DNA of 64,000 nucleotides from an uncultured Candidatus Saccharibacteria bacterium (GTDB lineage Bacteria > Patescibacteriota > Minisyncoccia > Phycocordibacterales > DATDWN01). Positions 29,437-39,244 of this stretch are shown here, piece by piece. The position numbers were made by a program, and so were the translations under genes. The notes under the pieces are model-generated. The model searched no databases. It worked only from the letters and a program-made list of their open reading frames with translations, and was not told the DNA's origin. Numbering within the stretch: the stretch's first letter is position 1; each line of letters opens with the position of its first letter. Location of the stretch: the NCBI GenBank assembly GCA_964426735.1, contig CAYRRP010000001.1:157226-221225 (forward strand). Direction: 5' to 3'.

Positions 29437-30048
29437 TTACTTGAGCTTGATGTGATTTTTCTTTAGTTCATGATGAACTTTTTGATAATCAGGAATCGTT
29501 TTTTCGACCAAAGCCCAAAACTTTTTTGAATGATTGAGTTGTCCGAGGTGGCAGAGCTCATGCACGATGATATAGTCCGCATGATGCGGTGGCAAAAGTG
29601 CGATTTTATAATTAAAATTCAAATTCCCTTTTCTCGAACAACTCCCCCATCGTGTCTTTGTGTTTTTGATACTGATCCGCCTAATCTTAAATGTATAAAA
29701 AGTATTGAAATACTTGAGACGCTCAGTCACCAAGACTCGTGCCTTTTCTTTGTATACGAGATACCGTTCCCTTTCTTGTTTTTTAGTGAGCTTTTGAGCC
29801 TGTATTCGCCCTTTTCCAAGCTTCTCCTCCAACGCCCTAAAATGCTTAATTTTTGCCAAAATCCACCCTGCCCGACTTTGTAGCATCTGCTCGACAAAAG
29901 CCTCACCCAAGCGCCCCCAGAGCCTCTCTGGCACGGTCAAAGAGACCTCCCCACCAATACTTACCGTCACCCGCACCGCCTTCGCCTGAGTGCTAATTTT
30001 AAGGGTATATGAGATTGTTTGAGATCCGAGGTGGATTTGCTTTTGCAC
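29437..30048 (-). CDS. YgjP/DUF45-like zinc metallopeptidase-family protein
   Basis: KTRWGSCS, YIIVHELCH...NHS..FW. Confidence 0.9.
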   Translation of the reverse strand: MQKQIHLGSQTISYTLKISTQAKAVRVTVSIGGEVSLTVPERLWGRLGEAFVEQMLQSRAGWILAKIKHFRALEEKLGKGRIQAQKLTKKQERERYLVYKEKARVLVTERLKYFNTFYTFKIRRISIKNTKTRWGSCSRKGNLNFNYKIALLPPHHADYIIVHELCHLGQLNHSKKFWALVEKTIPDYQKVHHELKKNHIKLK

Positions 30049-30050
30049 AA

Positions 30051-30821
30051 TTATTGTATTTCTAAAAATAATGGTAAGTGGTCTGAAACTATATCTGGTA
30101 AAACTTCAAAATTTTTTACTTCAATATCATTAGATGTCAAAATATAATCTGCAAATTTTTCTTCTTTTGGATAATGCTCACTTCGTGTAGAAGTGACTTT
30201 ATATTTCTTAACGAGGTTCACCATATCTTCCTCAAGCACAGCAATTGCATTACCATCATGTACAACATTAAAATCGCCACATAAAATATTTTTCTGTGCA
30301 CTACTTCCAAAAAATTCTTTAATCTTTTGAGACTGCTCCAGTCTTTCTGGCGTATCTTTTTTATGGGAGTTACGTTGCCATAGTCCGTGTAAATTTAAAA
30401 TAGTAAAAAATGAAGAGTCTGTATTTGCAATTTTTACCCACTGACACCGACCAGAAACAAGATCTCCACCTTTATGATACGGACTCTCCGGATGACTCCT
30501 GAAGCCACCATGATCAAGAACTTGATATTTTTTTCTTACAAAGATAACCTGCCCACAACCAACATCAGGTGACAACATCTCACCATGAAAATAGGATTCT
30601 TCTGGATCACGATATATGTAGGCATTAAAGTCACTCAAGATATTTTGTAGTTCAGAAAAAAGATTAAGCCTACCACCTTGAATGGGCGAAAATTCTGCAT
30701 CAGACCCAAACAAGCAATCTTGAAAACAAAACACATCAACATCATCTTTTTGTTTTGCGACAAATTGCATAAGAGGCTCAAACAACTTCCCTCCCCATAA
30801 GTTTAATGTGATGAGTTTCAT
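30051..30821 (-). CDS. Endonuclease/exonuclease/phosphatase family protein
   Basis: ITLN, CFQD, LCGDFN, DYIL, SDHLP. Confidence 0.9.
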   Translation of the reverse strand: MKLITLNLWGGKLFEPLMQFVAKQKDDVDVFCFQDCLFGSDAEFSPIQGGRLNLFSELQNILSDFNAYIYRDPEESYFHGEMLSPDVGCGQVIFVRKKYQVLDHGGFRSHPESPYHKGGDLVSGRCQWVKIANTDSSFFTILNLHGLWQRNSHKKDTPERLEQSQKIKEFFGSSAQKNILCGDFNVVHDGNAIAVLEEDMVNLVKKYKVTSTRSEHYPKEEKFADYILTSNDIEVKNFEVLPDIVSDHLPLFLEIQ

Positions 30822-30861
30822 AATACTTATTTTCTTAAATTAATTTAAGAAAATTAATTTT

Positions 30862-32121
30862 TTATAAAAATTTTCTTAGAGATTTTCCTAATTTTTCAAT
30901 AACCCCCACAACAAGAGCATTGCCCATAATAAACGCTCTTTTTGTATCAGGAACTTTCTCACCATCAATCGTTAGTGCTGTATGGTTATCTGGAAACATA
31001 TTTAACCGCTCTAATTCTACAGGAGTAAGTCTACGTAATTTTCCGGACTTAGTTTTGATTACATGTTTAAAACGGGAAGGAGAACTTCCACCTTCACCGG
31101 TCACTATTGTTCTTGAAGGTTTATCTAATGAATCAGGAAAAATCATTGGCCCTTCAGCATAATGGTATTCAAAACCATCTTTTGATTTTCTTTCCTCTTT
31201 CTTACCTCCTTTTAGATACTCCCACTGTTTTTTATCTTTATCTTTTATGAAAAATTCTGGGGAAATTTTTGATTCATCATGAATAAGCACATCTTTGAGT
31301 AACATATGCTCACCCTCATAAACAGGTATTGTTTTTACAGTATGAACTTTTCCGTCAATCATAATACCTGTATTTTGAAAAGGACTAATTGTCGGTTTGT
31401 TGGAAGAAAAATTATCAGATATATCTTGCAAGTTTTCTCCTAGTTCAAAACTCTTTAATTCTACATCTCCTTCCTTTACTTTAAATGCGCTTGCAATGAC
31501 ACCAGTATTATAAATCCAATTACTTATATCTTTCTCTTTTTTAAGTAGATTAAAAACTTTACTACCTTTTTTATAACCTAAAATAAACACTCTTCTTCTT
31601 CTTTGAGGTAGCCCATAGTCTGCAGCATTAATTACTCGCCACTCAACAATATAACCTAACTCAGAAAGTGATGCCAACATCACGGCAAAATCTCGACCTC
31701 TTTGTTTTGCAGGTGACTTTAATAAACGATCAACGTTTTCTAGCATCAGGAAATCTGGTGCCTTTGTCTTTTTTTTCTTTAAAATATTATAAATTGACCA
31801 CCAGAGGACACCTTTTTTCCCATAAATACCTTCCGCTTGATTTAAAGTTCTTGCAACAGAATAATCTTGACAAGGAAATCCACCGACAAGCAAGTCGTGG
31901 TCTGGAATCTGTTGAAAATCTTTTTCGACGACTTCTTGAATATCTTCACAAGAGTGACCTTCCGAACCAAAGTTTCTTTTATATATTTGAGAAGCGTATT
32001 GTTTAGTGACTCCTGGCTCCCACTGACTACTCCATATAGTCTTAAATTCAGCAGTGGCTTCGAGCCCCAAACGAAAACCACCTACACCAGCAAATAACTC
32101 CACGACTCTTATTTTTTTCAT
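30862..32121 (-). CDS. DNA (cytosine-5) methyltransferase, M.Sau3AI-like
   Basis: ELFAGVGG, GFPCQ, ENV, PQRRRRVF, MGNA. Confidence 0.95.
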   Translation of the reverse strand: MKKIRVVELFAGVGGFRLGLEATAEFKTIWSSQWEPGVTKQYASQIYKRNFGSEGHSCEDIQEVVEKDFQQIPDHDLLVGGFPCQDYSVARTLNQAEGIYGKKGVLWWSIYNILKKKKTKAPDFLMLENVDRLLKSPAKQRGRDFAVMLASLSELGYIVEWRVINAADYGLPQRRRRVFILGYKKGSKVFNLLKKEKDISNWIYNTGVIASAFKVKEGDVELKSFELGENLQDISDNFSSNKPTISPFQNTGIMIDGKVHTVKTIPVYEGEHMLLKDVLIHDESKISPEFFIKDKDKKQWEYLKGGKKEERKSKDGFEYHYAEGPMIFPDSLDKPSRTIVTGEGGSSPSRFKHVIKTKSGKLRRLTPVELERLNMFPDNHTALTIDGEKVPDTKRAFIMGNALVVGVIEKLGKSLRKFL

Positions 32122-32158
32122 ACCGCAATATTATCAGATAAATATAAGTTGATCAAGC

Positions 32159-33553
32159 TTAATCTTGTTTGTTTTCTATGGCTTGTTGAATATATTTCGC
32201 ATTAAGCCAAAAACACCGCTTCATTTCTTGAGTTTTTTGAGGTGTCTCAACTGTATCTTGTGCATTTTTACCATGCGGACGTACATGTGCAACACTACTA
32301 TCTTTAATTTTTGGTAGCTTTGTGTACTCACCATCACGTATACAGTCAATTGTTTTTTGCCATACACGTTCAGCCTCGGGAAGGTCTTTTGTTGGAAAAT
32401 TCCAAAATGTCACTTTTTTCAAAATAATATCATCGTTATTTTTTTGTTTTTGAAACACTACAAATAAAAACTTCTTTGTTTCCAATTGTAAATGAAAGTC
32501 TGACATCACTTCTTCCTCATCATCTTGCCATACTTGAGTAATTAAATCTTTGTAATCAAAGGCAGGAAACGAGATTGATTCTTTTAAAGTCCCTGTATGT
32601 TCTAAAGTAATTACTTTAAGAGTTATGTTTGCCTTATCAAACTCCTCAATTTTATCTGAATCTACATCAAGAATTCGGTTTACAATAAGTCTTTTATAGT
32701 TTTTTGCTATATTTGTAAGATTATCATCTAGATTAGAAAGTATCTCCTTATCTGTTTTGCCAATAAACCTAGAAAATCTTTCTTTAATAGTATCTTCTAT
32801 TGTTTCGATTCGTCTTTGTTTTTTAAAAATTGAATCAGTATTTGATTTATTTCCCAGTAGTTTCGTTTGAACAATATAGTTTATATATTGCTGTTTAAAA
32901 GAAAAAGCTCGTGGTTTTGCTGGTATACGTGCACCACCTGGTTGGTCTCTAACAGTACGACTATTTGCTGCTTTAGTACAAGCACCTAAATAATAAGTGT
33001 CTCCTTCTGATAACAAATGAGCTTCACCTCGTTTAATTTTAGCAACAATATACTCCCAATCTTTTTGAATTTGAAAAACGTCTTCGTTAGAAAGGTTTTC
33101 TATTAGATTAAGTAAGTGAACAAACTTAAATTTATAATCCAAAATACTTTGACTCTGCACCCACAAGTAAAACATAAGTAGCAAGGTTTTGTTTTTTTTC
33201 AAAAATGAACTACTTTCCCAAGTTTCTTTTACTATTTCATCATAGTTTATCATCGAAAACACAAGACGTTCCTTTGAAGAATACTGATTTTTAGTATGTT
33301 TTTTAAGAGGTGTAGTTTTTAACTCAACTCCAGCAATATTAAAATCTGGTTGATTTAGATTGTCATTTTTCTTACCAAAAATATAAAATTCAATTAATTG
33401 ACCAAGGAGACCTTTCTTTTTATCTTTATGTGTAAAGATTTCTTTCTCAATAGTCTCGATTTCTTCTTTGGATACAACCTCACGTAAAGATTTATTTAGT
33501 ATAATTTTCGCTTGTTCTAGAACTTGTTCTTTTGTTTGGTAATCTTTATTCAT
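32159..33553 (-). CDS. Sau3AI/MutH-family type II restriction endonuclease
   Basis: PDF..AGVELKTTP, SSKERL, LSEGDT.YLGACTK, RAFSFK, HVRPH, FWLN..YI. Confidence 0.9.
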   Translation of the reverse strand: MNKDYQTKEQVLEQAKIILNKSLREVVSKEEIETIEKEIFTHKDKKKGLLGQLIEFYIFGKKNDNLNQPDFNIAGVELKTTPLKKHTKNQYSSKERLVFSMINYDEIVKETWESSSFLKKNKTLLLMFYLWVQSQSILDYKFKFVHLLNLIENLSNEDVFQIQKDWEYIVAKIKRGEAHLLSEGDTYYLGACTKAANSRTVRDQPGGARIPAKPRAFSFKQQYINYIVQTKLLGNKSNTDSIFKKQRRIETIEDTIKERFSRFIGKTDKEILSNLDDNLTNIAKNYKRLIVNRILDVDSDKIEEFDKANITLKVITLEHTGTLKESISFPAFDYKDLITQVWQDDEEEVMSDFHLQLETKKFLFVVFQKQKNNDDIILKKVTFWNFPTKDLPEAERVWQKTIDCIRDGEYTKLPKIKDSSVAHVRPHGKNAQDTVETPQKTQEMKRCFWLNAKYIQQAIENKQD

Positions 33554-33563
33554 ACAACTTTTA

Positions 33564-34229
33564 TTATATATATGTTTTTATATCTCTAAAACCATTACTA
33601 TCTGCCGAAACAATAATATGACTAATAAGAGTAATGTCCAAAATTTTACTAGCGTATATTAATTTTTTCGTAATCTCAATATCATCATGAGATGGTTCTA
33701 AATCTCCAGAAGGGTGATTATGTGCAACGATGATTGAAGCAGCGTTGTTTTTAATAGCACCCTCAAATACTTCACGTGGATGAACCAGGCTTTCATTTAG
33801 AGTTCCAATTGAAATAATCTCTCTTTTTATTTCTTGATTTCTGCTATCTAAGTAAAAAACAACAAAATGTTCTTTCTTACTTCCTCTAATATCTTCCATC
33901 CGCTCCCAAACATCTTTTGGAGAAAGTAAGATAGAATTTTGCTTACCTTTTAGAATACGCTTTCCGAGTTCAAAACATGCCAGTATCTCACAAGCTTTAA
34001 CAACACCTAATCCATGAATCTTTTTTAACTCATCAATAGTAACATCTAAAATTCTTTCTCCTTCAAACTCTTTTAGAATTTTTTGAGATAGTTTTAAAAC
34101 ATTTAAATCTTTTGTGCCAGTACGAAGTAAGATTGCCAAGAGTTCTGAATCAGATAATTTCCCTGGACCATATTTTTCCAACTTTTCCCTTGGTCTATCT
34201 AATTTAGGAATGTCTTTGATTTTTAGCAT
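33564..34229 (-). CDS. radC: RadC/JAB-domain protein
   Basis: RPREKL, LSDSELLAILL.TG, HPREVF, HNHPSGD..PS..D. Confidence 0.95.
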   Translation of the reverse strand: MLKIKDIPKLDRPREKLEKYGPGKLSDSELLAILLRTGTKDLNVLKLSQKILKEFEGERILDVTIDELKKIHGLGVVKACEILACFELGKRILKGKQNSILLSPKDVWERMEDIRGSKKEHFVVFYLDSRNQEIKREIISIGTLNESLVHPREVFEGAIKNNAASIIVAHNHPSGDLEPSHDDIEITKKLIYASKILDITLISHIIVSADSNGFRDIKTYI

Positions 34230-34252
34230 ATTTTAAATCCTATTTATAAGTA

Positions 34253-34747
34253 TTAAAATTTAGCAGAACTTCTTACTTTTGCTTCAAAAATTTTAACAAC
34301 TTTTTCTTTCGGACAAATTCTTATGTTATAAGGTATTTTGTACTTCTTACTACATGGGACGCAAATCCATTTATTAACTTCTTCATCTAAAACATAATCA
34401 CATTTTTGACAATAAGGACCTCCCACCCATATCTTTCTATCTTTAAAATTTTTATCAAAACCAAGAAATACATGCCAGTTAACTTTGTACAACTCTTTAA
34501 CACCATAATCATTTAAAATATTTTTTGGTTTTTTGTCGTTAAATAAGCGAGGTTTTAATTTAAATCGTTTATTTAAATTAAAAAAAATAATAACCAGTAC
34601 TGTTAGTAATAAAACTAACCATACAGGGACAGAATATTTAATCACCGTTCTAACACCATCCTTTAACCAGGATACTATTATTACACTAAAAACCCCAAAA
34701 ATAATTTTCCAATGATCATATACAATTGAAAAAAAATTTCTATCCAT
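34253..34747 (-). CDS. Two-TM protein with C-terminal CxxC...CxxC
   Basis: Hydrophobic N-terminus; GPYCQKC...CVPC. Confidence 0.7.
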   Translation of the reverse strand: MDRNFFSIVYDHWKIIFGVFSVIIVSWLKDGVRTVIKYSVPVWLVLLLTVLVIIFFNLNKRFKLKPRLFNDKKPKNILNDYGVKELYKVNWHVFLGFDKNFKDRKIWVGGPYCQKCDYVLDEEVNKWICVPCSKKYKIPYNIRICPKEKVVKIFEAKVRSSAKF

Positions 34748-34754
34748 GGTTAGC

Positions 34755-34994
34755 TTATTTAATTCTCAAAAGAATTTGACGTAAGAAGGACTCTAAATTA
34801 TTAATTTTATTTTCTAAGTTTTCTATTTTTTTTTCAACTTTTCCAATCTGTGCACCTGAATTAAAGTACTCCAACACACCCACAGGGTTTTTACAAATTG
34901 AACATTGAACAAAAAATAGCTTATAATTTGAACCAATCGGCACCTGCTCTACTAATTCAAACGAAAAACTTTTACAGTGTGCACATTTTGACAT
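34755..34994 (-). CDS. Small Zn-ribbon plus coiled-coil protein
   Basis: CAHC...CSIC..PVGV; heptad C-terminus. Confidence 0.7.
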   Translation of the reverse strand: MSKCAHCKSFSFELVEQVPIGSNYKLFFVQCSICKNPVGVLEYFNSGAQIGKVEKKIENLENKINNLESFLRQILLRIK

Positions 34995-35099
34995 GTTTTT
35001 ATAATTAGTATTTTATTAAATATATTCTATATATTAGCATTTAAACTATACCTGTTAGCACTTGCAATTTTTATAAAATATGGTATTAAGAGTTAAGAA

Positions 35100-35978
35100 A
35101 TGGAGAAAGTGATGGTCAGCAAAGATACTTACGGACTTGGTCCAGTCAATGGACATGCTGTGGGGCGAATTCTGAAGGAGGCTGTACGGAGAGCCACTGT
35201 GGCTATCCGCAATGAACGCCTCATGTTTGAGGCTCACACGAAGAAAAGTTACAGTGGCACCATGGATGATGTATTCACCAGTGCCGACACCAAGGCTCAA
35301 GAGATTTATCTCCGAACCTTTCGTGAATGCTTCCCTTTCTGTGGCGTGATTGGTGAGGAAAATTCACTCATCATCAAACCCAAGAAAGAGTGCTCGGTAT
35401 ACTTTACCGTCGACCCGCTCGATGGAACAAAAGCCTTCATCCGGCGTCAGTCCGATGGTGTGGGTACAATGGTGGCAATGGTGCACAAAGGGAAAGTCAT
35501 CTCTGCGTATGTCGGCGACATCAACACTGAAGAGGTCTACGGCTACCGCCCTGGATCTAACAAGGTACATCGGATTACCCGCCTCGACACCTTTGAAAAA
35601 CTGAGTGATACGGGTAAGGGTGACTTGAGCAAGACGTACGCCTTGCTCCGTGATCCGATCGATCAGTACTCATCCACCACCAGAAACACGCTCGGTCAGT
35701 TCAAGAATTACGAGGTGACAGGTTCGAGCATCGGCATCTGGATGGCAAAACTCTGGAAAGGAGAGGTCGGCGCTTTATTTCTGAAGCCTGGCTGGGAAAC
35801 GCCCTGGGATTCGACGCCGATTATCGGGATTTCTTTGAAGCTTGGATACGTGTTCCTTAGGCCGACAACAAAAGGCTCTTGGAAAAAGTACAACCCTGTC
35901 CTCCCGATGGAAAAATACCGTCGGGAACATGACACCATGGTCGTCCACAAACACGACTTGAAGTTCCTAGGTCTTTAA
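35100..35978 (+). CDS. Inositol monophosphatase-superfamily protein, higher GC
   Basis: T.AD..AQ, GEE, VDPLDGT, PWD; terminator at 35987-36016. Confidence 0.85.
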   Translation: MEKVMVSKDTYGLGPVNGHAVGRILKEAVRRATVAIRNERLMFEAHTKKSYSGTMDDVFTSADTKAQEIYLRTFRECFPFCGVIGEENSLIIKPKKECSVYFTVDPLDGTKAFIRRQSDGVGTMVAMVHKGKVISAYVGDINTEEVYGYRPGSNKVHRITRLDTFEKLSDTGKGDLSKTYALLRDPIDQYSSTTRNTLGQFKNYEVTGSSIGIWMAKLWKGEVGALFLKPGWETPWDSTPIIGISLKLGYVFLRPTTKGSWKKYNPVLPMEKYRREHDTMVVHKHDLKFLGL

Positions 35979-36034
35979 TGTTCCGAAATGACCCGCACTT
36001 GTTGCGGGTCATTTTTATCCTTTACACCCCCTTT

Positions 36035-36068
36035 TAAATATGATTAATTTATGAGGAGATTGTTCTTA
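36035..36068 (+). repeat. 34-bp direct repeat (promoter/leader), copy 1
   Basis: TAAATATGATTAATTTATGAGGAGATTGTTCTTA; also at 37380-37413. Confidence 0.85.
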
Positions 36069-36094
36069 AAATTCACAGCGAGAAAAAGGATGGC

Positions 36095-36646
36095 GTGACA
36101 ATGACATTCGATACTTACAAAACAGTTGTTCGAGAAAATTCTGGCTTTAGAGAAGTGGTGGAAGCGCTTGCAGGCCACTTTGCACTGGAGGTACCTGGAG
36201 GTTTTCCCACCCTTACGAATTGGTTTAGTCGCCACTATGTAGCATGGTCAACAACCTTCATTCACCAGAGTTACGATGATGTGCCCGCATCAGAAAACTG
36301 GACGGACTCACTATGTTTTCTTTCATTGATCGATCTAATGAAAAGCATAGGCACAGTGGCTCATCGTATAACTGAAGAGGAAAATGATCCCGTCTCATTA
36401 TTCAAGGGTGTCATCAGACGTTCCGAGAAGGGTTGTTTTCTTTACTTCCAGAACATTTTCACGGTGAAGCGCACCGAAACTAATAGTTACCATATAACCA
36501 TCCATAAGTACCCATCGGAGTTTTTTCACTTCATTGTTATGGATGATTCTGAGCTTCTCAGCTTCGTCGTCCGCAACCAGATAATGATTAATGGCGTCCA
36601 ACTGGAACTTCCGCCAGAAGCACACCTCAGTGACTTTACCGACTAA
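36095..36646 (+). CDS. Orphan hypothetical protein, array member 1
   Basis: 183 aa; ends INGVQLELP..; own terminator at 36655-36692. Confidence 0.75.
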   Translation: MTMTFDTYKTVVRENSGFREVVEALAGHFALEVPGGFPTLTNWFSRHYVAWSTTFIHQSYDDVPASENWTDSLCFLSLIDLMKSIGTVAHRITEEENDPVSLFKGVIRRSEKGCFLYFQNIFTVKRTETNSYHITIHKYPSEFFHFIVMDDSELLSFVVRNQIMINGVQLELPPEAHLSDFTD

Positions 36647-36750
36647 GATCCCCTACCCCCGACCGATACATATCGGTCGGGGGTTGATTTTTTAATAAAG
36701 GAATGGTTTAGTGTATATCGAGAAGTTCATTTTTTGGAGGAATAAAACAA

Positions 36751-37317
36751 ATGGATGTGAGAGATTTTCGGGTCATGACTCAAAGACATGCCCCATGGTT
36801 GCTCAATTGGGTTGCATCTCGAACAGGTCAATTTAGACTGCGTACTGAAACAACCAAGTTTTTCGAAGCACTAATTGCGCCAAAAGTTAAAGCTATCATT
36901 GAAAAACCATGGCAGACTTTGGACATTAACGAAAATCCTTCCCCGCAAATCAAAGGTAGTTCATATGGAGACATCTTCATTCGACACTACTACACAGTAA
37001 TATGGAGAAAAAACGACGAGGACACAGTCCAGCATACCGGTGCAGTTGATCTTGCTGATCTTAATGTCGACAAACTTTTGATGCGTATGTTTGACGATTG
37101 CCAGCAAAATGACACTCTGTGGGTTATGGCGGTTGTGAAGACGGTTTATGAAATTAACAAAACCCGTCTTCTTGAACCGAAACACACATTTGTGATATAT
37201 CCTTGCGAAGAACGCAATTTCATGTCTTGGGTCGATCAACACAAGGAGTCGATCAATCAAACCCTCGCTCAACGACAACTCACGCTTTCGAGCTACAGTG
37301 TCGTGGCTCTCAGGTAG
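36751..37317 (+). CDS. Orphan hypothetical protein, array member 2
   Basis: 188 aa; SD GGAGG; terminator at 37326-37362. Confidence 0.75.
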   Translation: MDVRDFRVMTQRHAPWLLNWVASRTGQFRLRTETTKFFEALIAPKVKAIIEKPWQTLDINENPSPQIKGSSYGDIFIRHYYTVIWRKNDEDTVQHTGAVDLADLNVDKLLMRMFDDCQQNDTLWVMAVVKTVYEINKTRLLEPKHTFVIYPCEERNFMSWVDQHKESINQTLAQRQLTLSSYSVVALR

Positions 37318-37379
37318 CAACAAAACACCCCATCCGAGCTTCCGGATGGGGTGTAGTTTTTTACCTTTACACTCAACAC

Positions 37380-37413
37380 TAAATATGATTAATTTATGAG
37401 GAGATTGTTCTTA
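37380..37413 (+). repeat. 34-bp direct repeat, copy 2
   Basis: Identical to 36035-36068. Confidence 0.85.
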
Positions 37414-37426
37414 CGAAAGGTGTCTT

Positions 37427-37987
37427 GTGATAATAAATTTTTTTGAAGAATTTCCTGATGAGATCAAAGCATGGGTGAGGAGAGTTGTTTTGCAGATTGT
37501 GCGTTATTATAACAGCACACAACGACAATCAGAAGATACTCTGGACGTAGAAAAGTTTTTTAAACATTATCTGGAAACTTCCACATTTCAAAAAAGCTCC
37601 ACTTTCCCATCACCTATCAACGGAAGAAGAAATGCTTTTTTTCTTTTGTGGCAAGATGCTTCATGTAGTCATCCTACCCTTACACATAGCTTAATCCCTG
37701 GGACTACCTTATTTGCAGGAGATGAACCTCATAAGCTAGTACTGGATATCGCAGAGCACTGCTTGAGAGCCAACACTTCTGCTCACTTTATTGCGGTTAT
37801 ACATGTCGTATATCATCGCAACAGACAAAGCTACAACCATAACATCGATGTACATCTGCACACCGATGAGTATTATCACGAAGTACTCAGACACAACCCT
37901 GACCTGGCACGGAAACTCACAAATAGAGGCACACTCATCAATGGGGTACCCTTGAGGATTCCACAGAGACAAACTAACTCAATTTGA
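37427..37987 (+). CDS. Orphan hypothetical protein, array member 3
   Basis: 186 aa; INGVPLRIP near C-terminus; terminator at 37986-38026. Confidence 0.75.
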   Translation: MIINFFEEFPDEIKAWVRRVVLQIVRYYNSTQRQSEDTLDVEKFFKHYLETSTFQKSSTFPSPINGRRNAFFLLWQDASCSHPTLTHSLIPGTTLFAGDEPHKLVLDIAEHCLRANTSAHFIAVIHVVYHRNRQSYNHNIDVHLHTDEYYHEVLRHNPDLARKLTNRGTLINGVPLRIPQRQTNSI

Positions 37988-38029
37988 CCCCTTGGCCGAA
38001 TAATATCGGTCGGGGGTTGATTTTTTATC

Positions 38030-38578
38030 TCATTTCCCTTTCAATTTCTCCACCTCCTCTACCAGTTTTTTGAGTGTGTTTTGAATCATATCGAGATCAA
38101 TCTCTTTCTGCTTTTCTGCTTTCTGCTGCATAGTATCTGTGTCTTTTTCAATCTCATCGACATCAGTCTGGATTTCTTCGATATCTTCAGAAATTTCATC
38201 GACATCTTCCTGGATCACATCAATATCCTTTTCGATACCTTCAACATCTTCTTGGATTTCATCAACATTTTCCTGAATAACATCGATATCTTTTTCAATT
38301 CCCTCGACGTCTTCTTGGATTTCATCGACATCTTCTTTAATCTCTTCAATATCTTCCTCAACATCCTCCAAACTTTCTGTGTTTTGATTGACCGTCATCT
38401 GAATAAAAATAGCGAGATAGATCGCCTCAAGTGAGACAAGTGTCGTAAGGACAAGAAGTATCGTATCAAAAGCTACATCAAAGAAATACAATGAAAACAT
38501 TGCAATAAAAAAGACAGTATGAGCGACTACTGATGCTTTTGAGCCGACCCATTGTGTAAATTTTTTGTCCCAATTCAT
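38030..38578 (-). CDS. DUF1003-like membrane protein with acidic heptad repeats
   Basis: LVSLEAIYLAIFIQM; repeated EDVDEIQ/EKDIDVIQ. Confidence 0.8.
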   Translation of the reverse strand: MNWDKKFTQWVGSKASVVAHTVFFIAMFSLYFFDVAFDTILLVLTTLVSLEAIYLAIFIQMTVNQNTESLEDVEEDIEEIKEDVDEIQEDVEGIEKDIDVIQENVDEIQEDVEGIEKDIDVIQEDVDEISEDIEEIQTDVDEIEKDTDTMQQKAEKQKEIDLDMIQNTLKKLVEEVEKLKGK

Positions 38579-38581
38579 AGA

Positions 38582-38794
38582 CTATGAAACGATAAGATTA
38601 TAGAGGTTTACAATTCCATCCCAGGCAATCAGTGTGTACGTAATAATAAAATGAGAGATAGTAAGCATCGGCGGAGACTGGAGGATTGCAAGCACATCGA
38701 CATGAAAAGCAAACTGAAGTGTCAGGAGTGCAACAATAACCAATACAAACGTGGAAATAAAACCTTTTTGTGATACGACTAGAGCCTCTTTCAT
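38582..38794 (-). CDS. Small membrane protein with a class III (pilin-like) signal resemblance
   Basis: QKG|FI followed by a hydrophobic helix. Confidence 0.55.
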   Translation of the reverse strand: MKEALVVSQKGFISTFVLVIVALLTLQFAFHVDVLAILQSPPMLTISHFIITYTLIAWDGIVNLYNLIVS

Positions 38795-38881
38795 ACATAT
38801 ACTATACCACACTATATACATAATTAGAATCATTGACTAAAATAACTATTTATTATATTTTTTAAACAGGAGTACAGAATC

Positions 38882-39151
38882 ATGCTGTTAGGTGAGTGGG
38901 CAAAAAATTACATAGAAAATATTGTACGGGCGACACACCCGTACACACCTATTGATCCAGAAAAAATTCTCCAAGTTTTGGAGAGGATGAATTTCAACTA
39001 CGATTTTGGAGAACCTATCGACACTATCAACATTGACACTCTCAATGGTATAGGTCAAATGCTTCACACCATGACGGTTGGTGCACTACATTTATCACAC
39101 CATGAAAAGACGGGGTGTATGCACCCAGGGCTTAAACGCATAAACCTGTGA
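38882..39151 (+). CDS. Orphan hypothetical protein (cassette)
   Basis: TTGACT upstream; SD AGGAG; terminator at 39166-39192. Confidence 0.6.
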   Translation: MLLGEWAKNYIENIVRATHPYTPIDPEKILQVLERMNFNYDFGEPIDTINIDTLNGIGQMLHTMTVGALHLSHHEKTGCMHPGLKRINL

Positions 39152-39244
39152 AGTATACCCTCCCAGAGGCGCCGGTATCCCCGGCGTCTTTTGTTGACAA
39201 AAAATTCAAAAAATGTTTTTTATAAGGAGGAGACAAAGAGAAAC

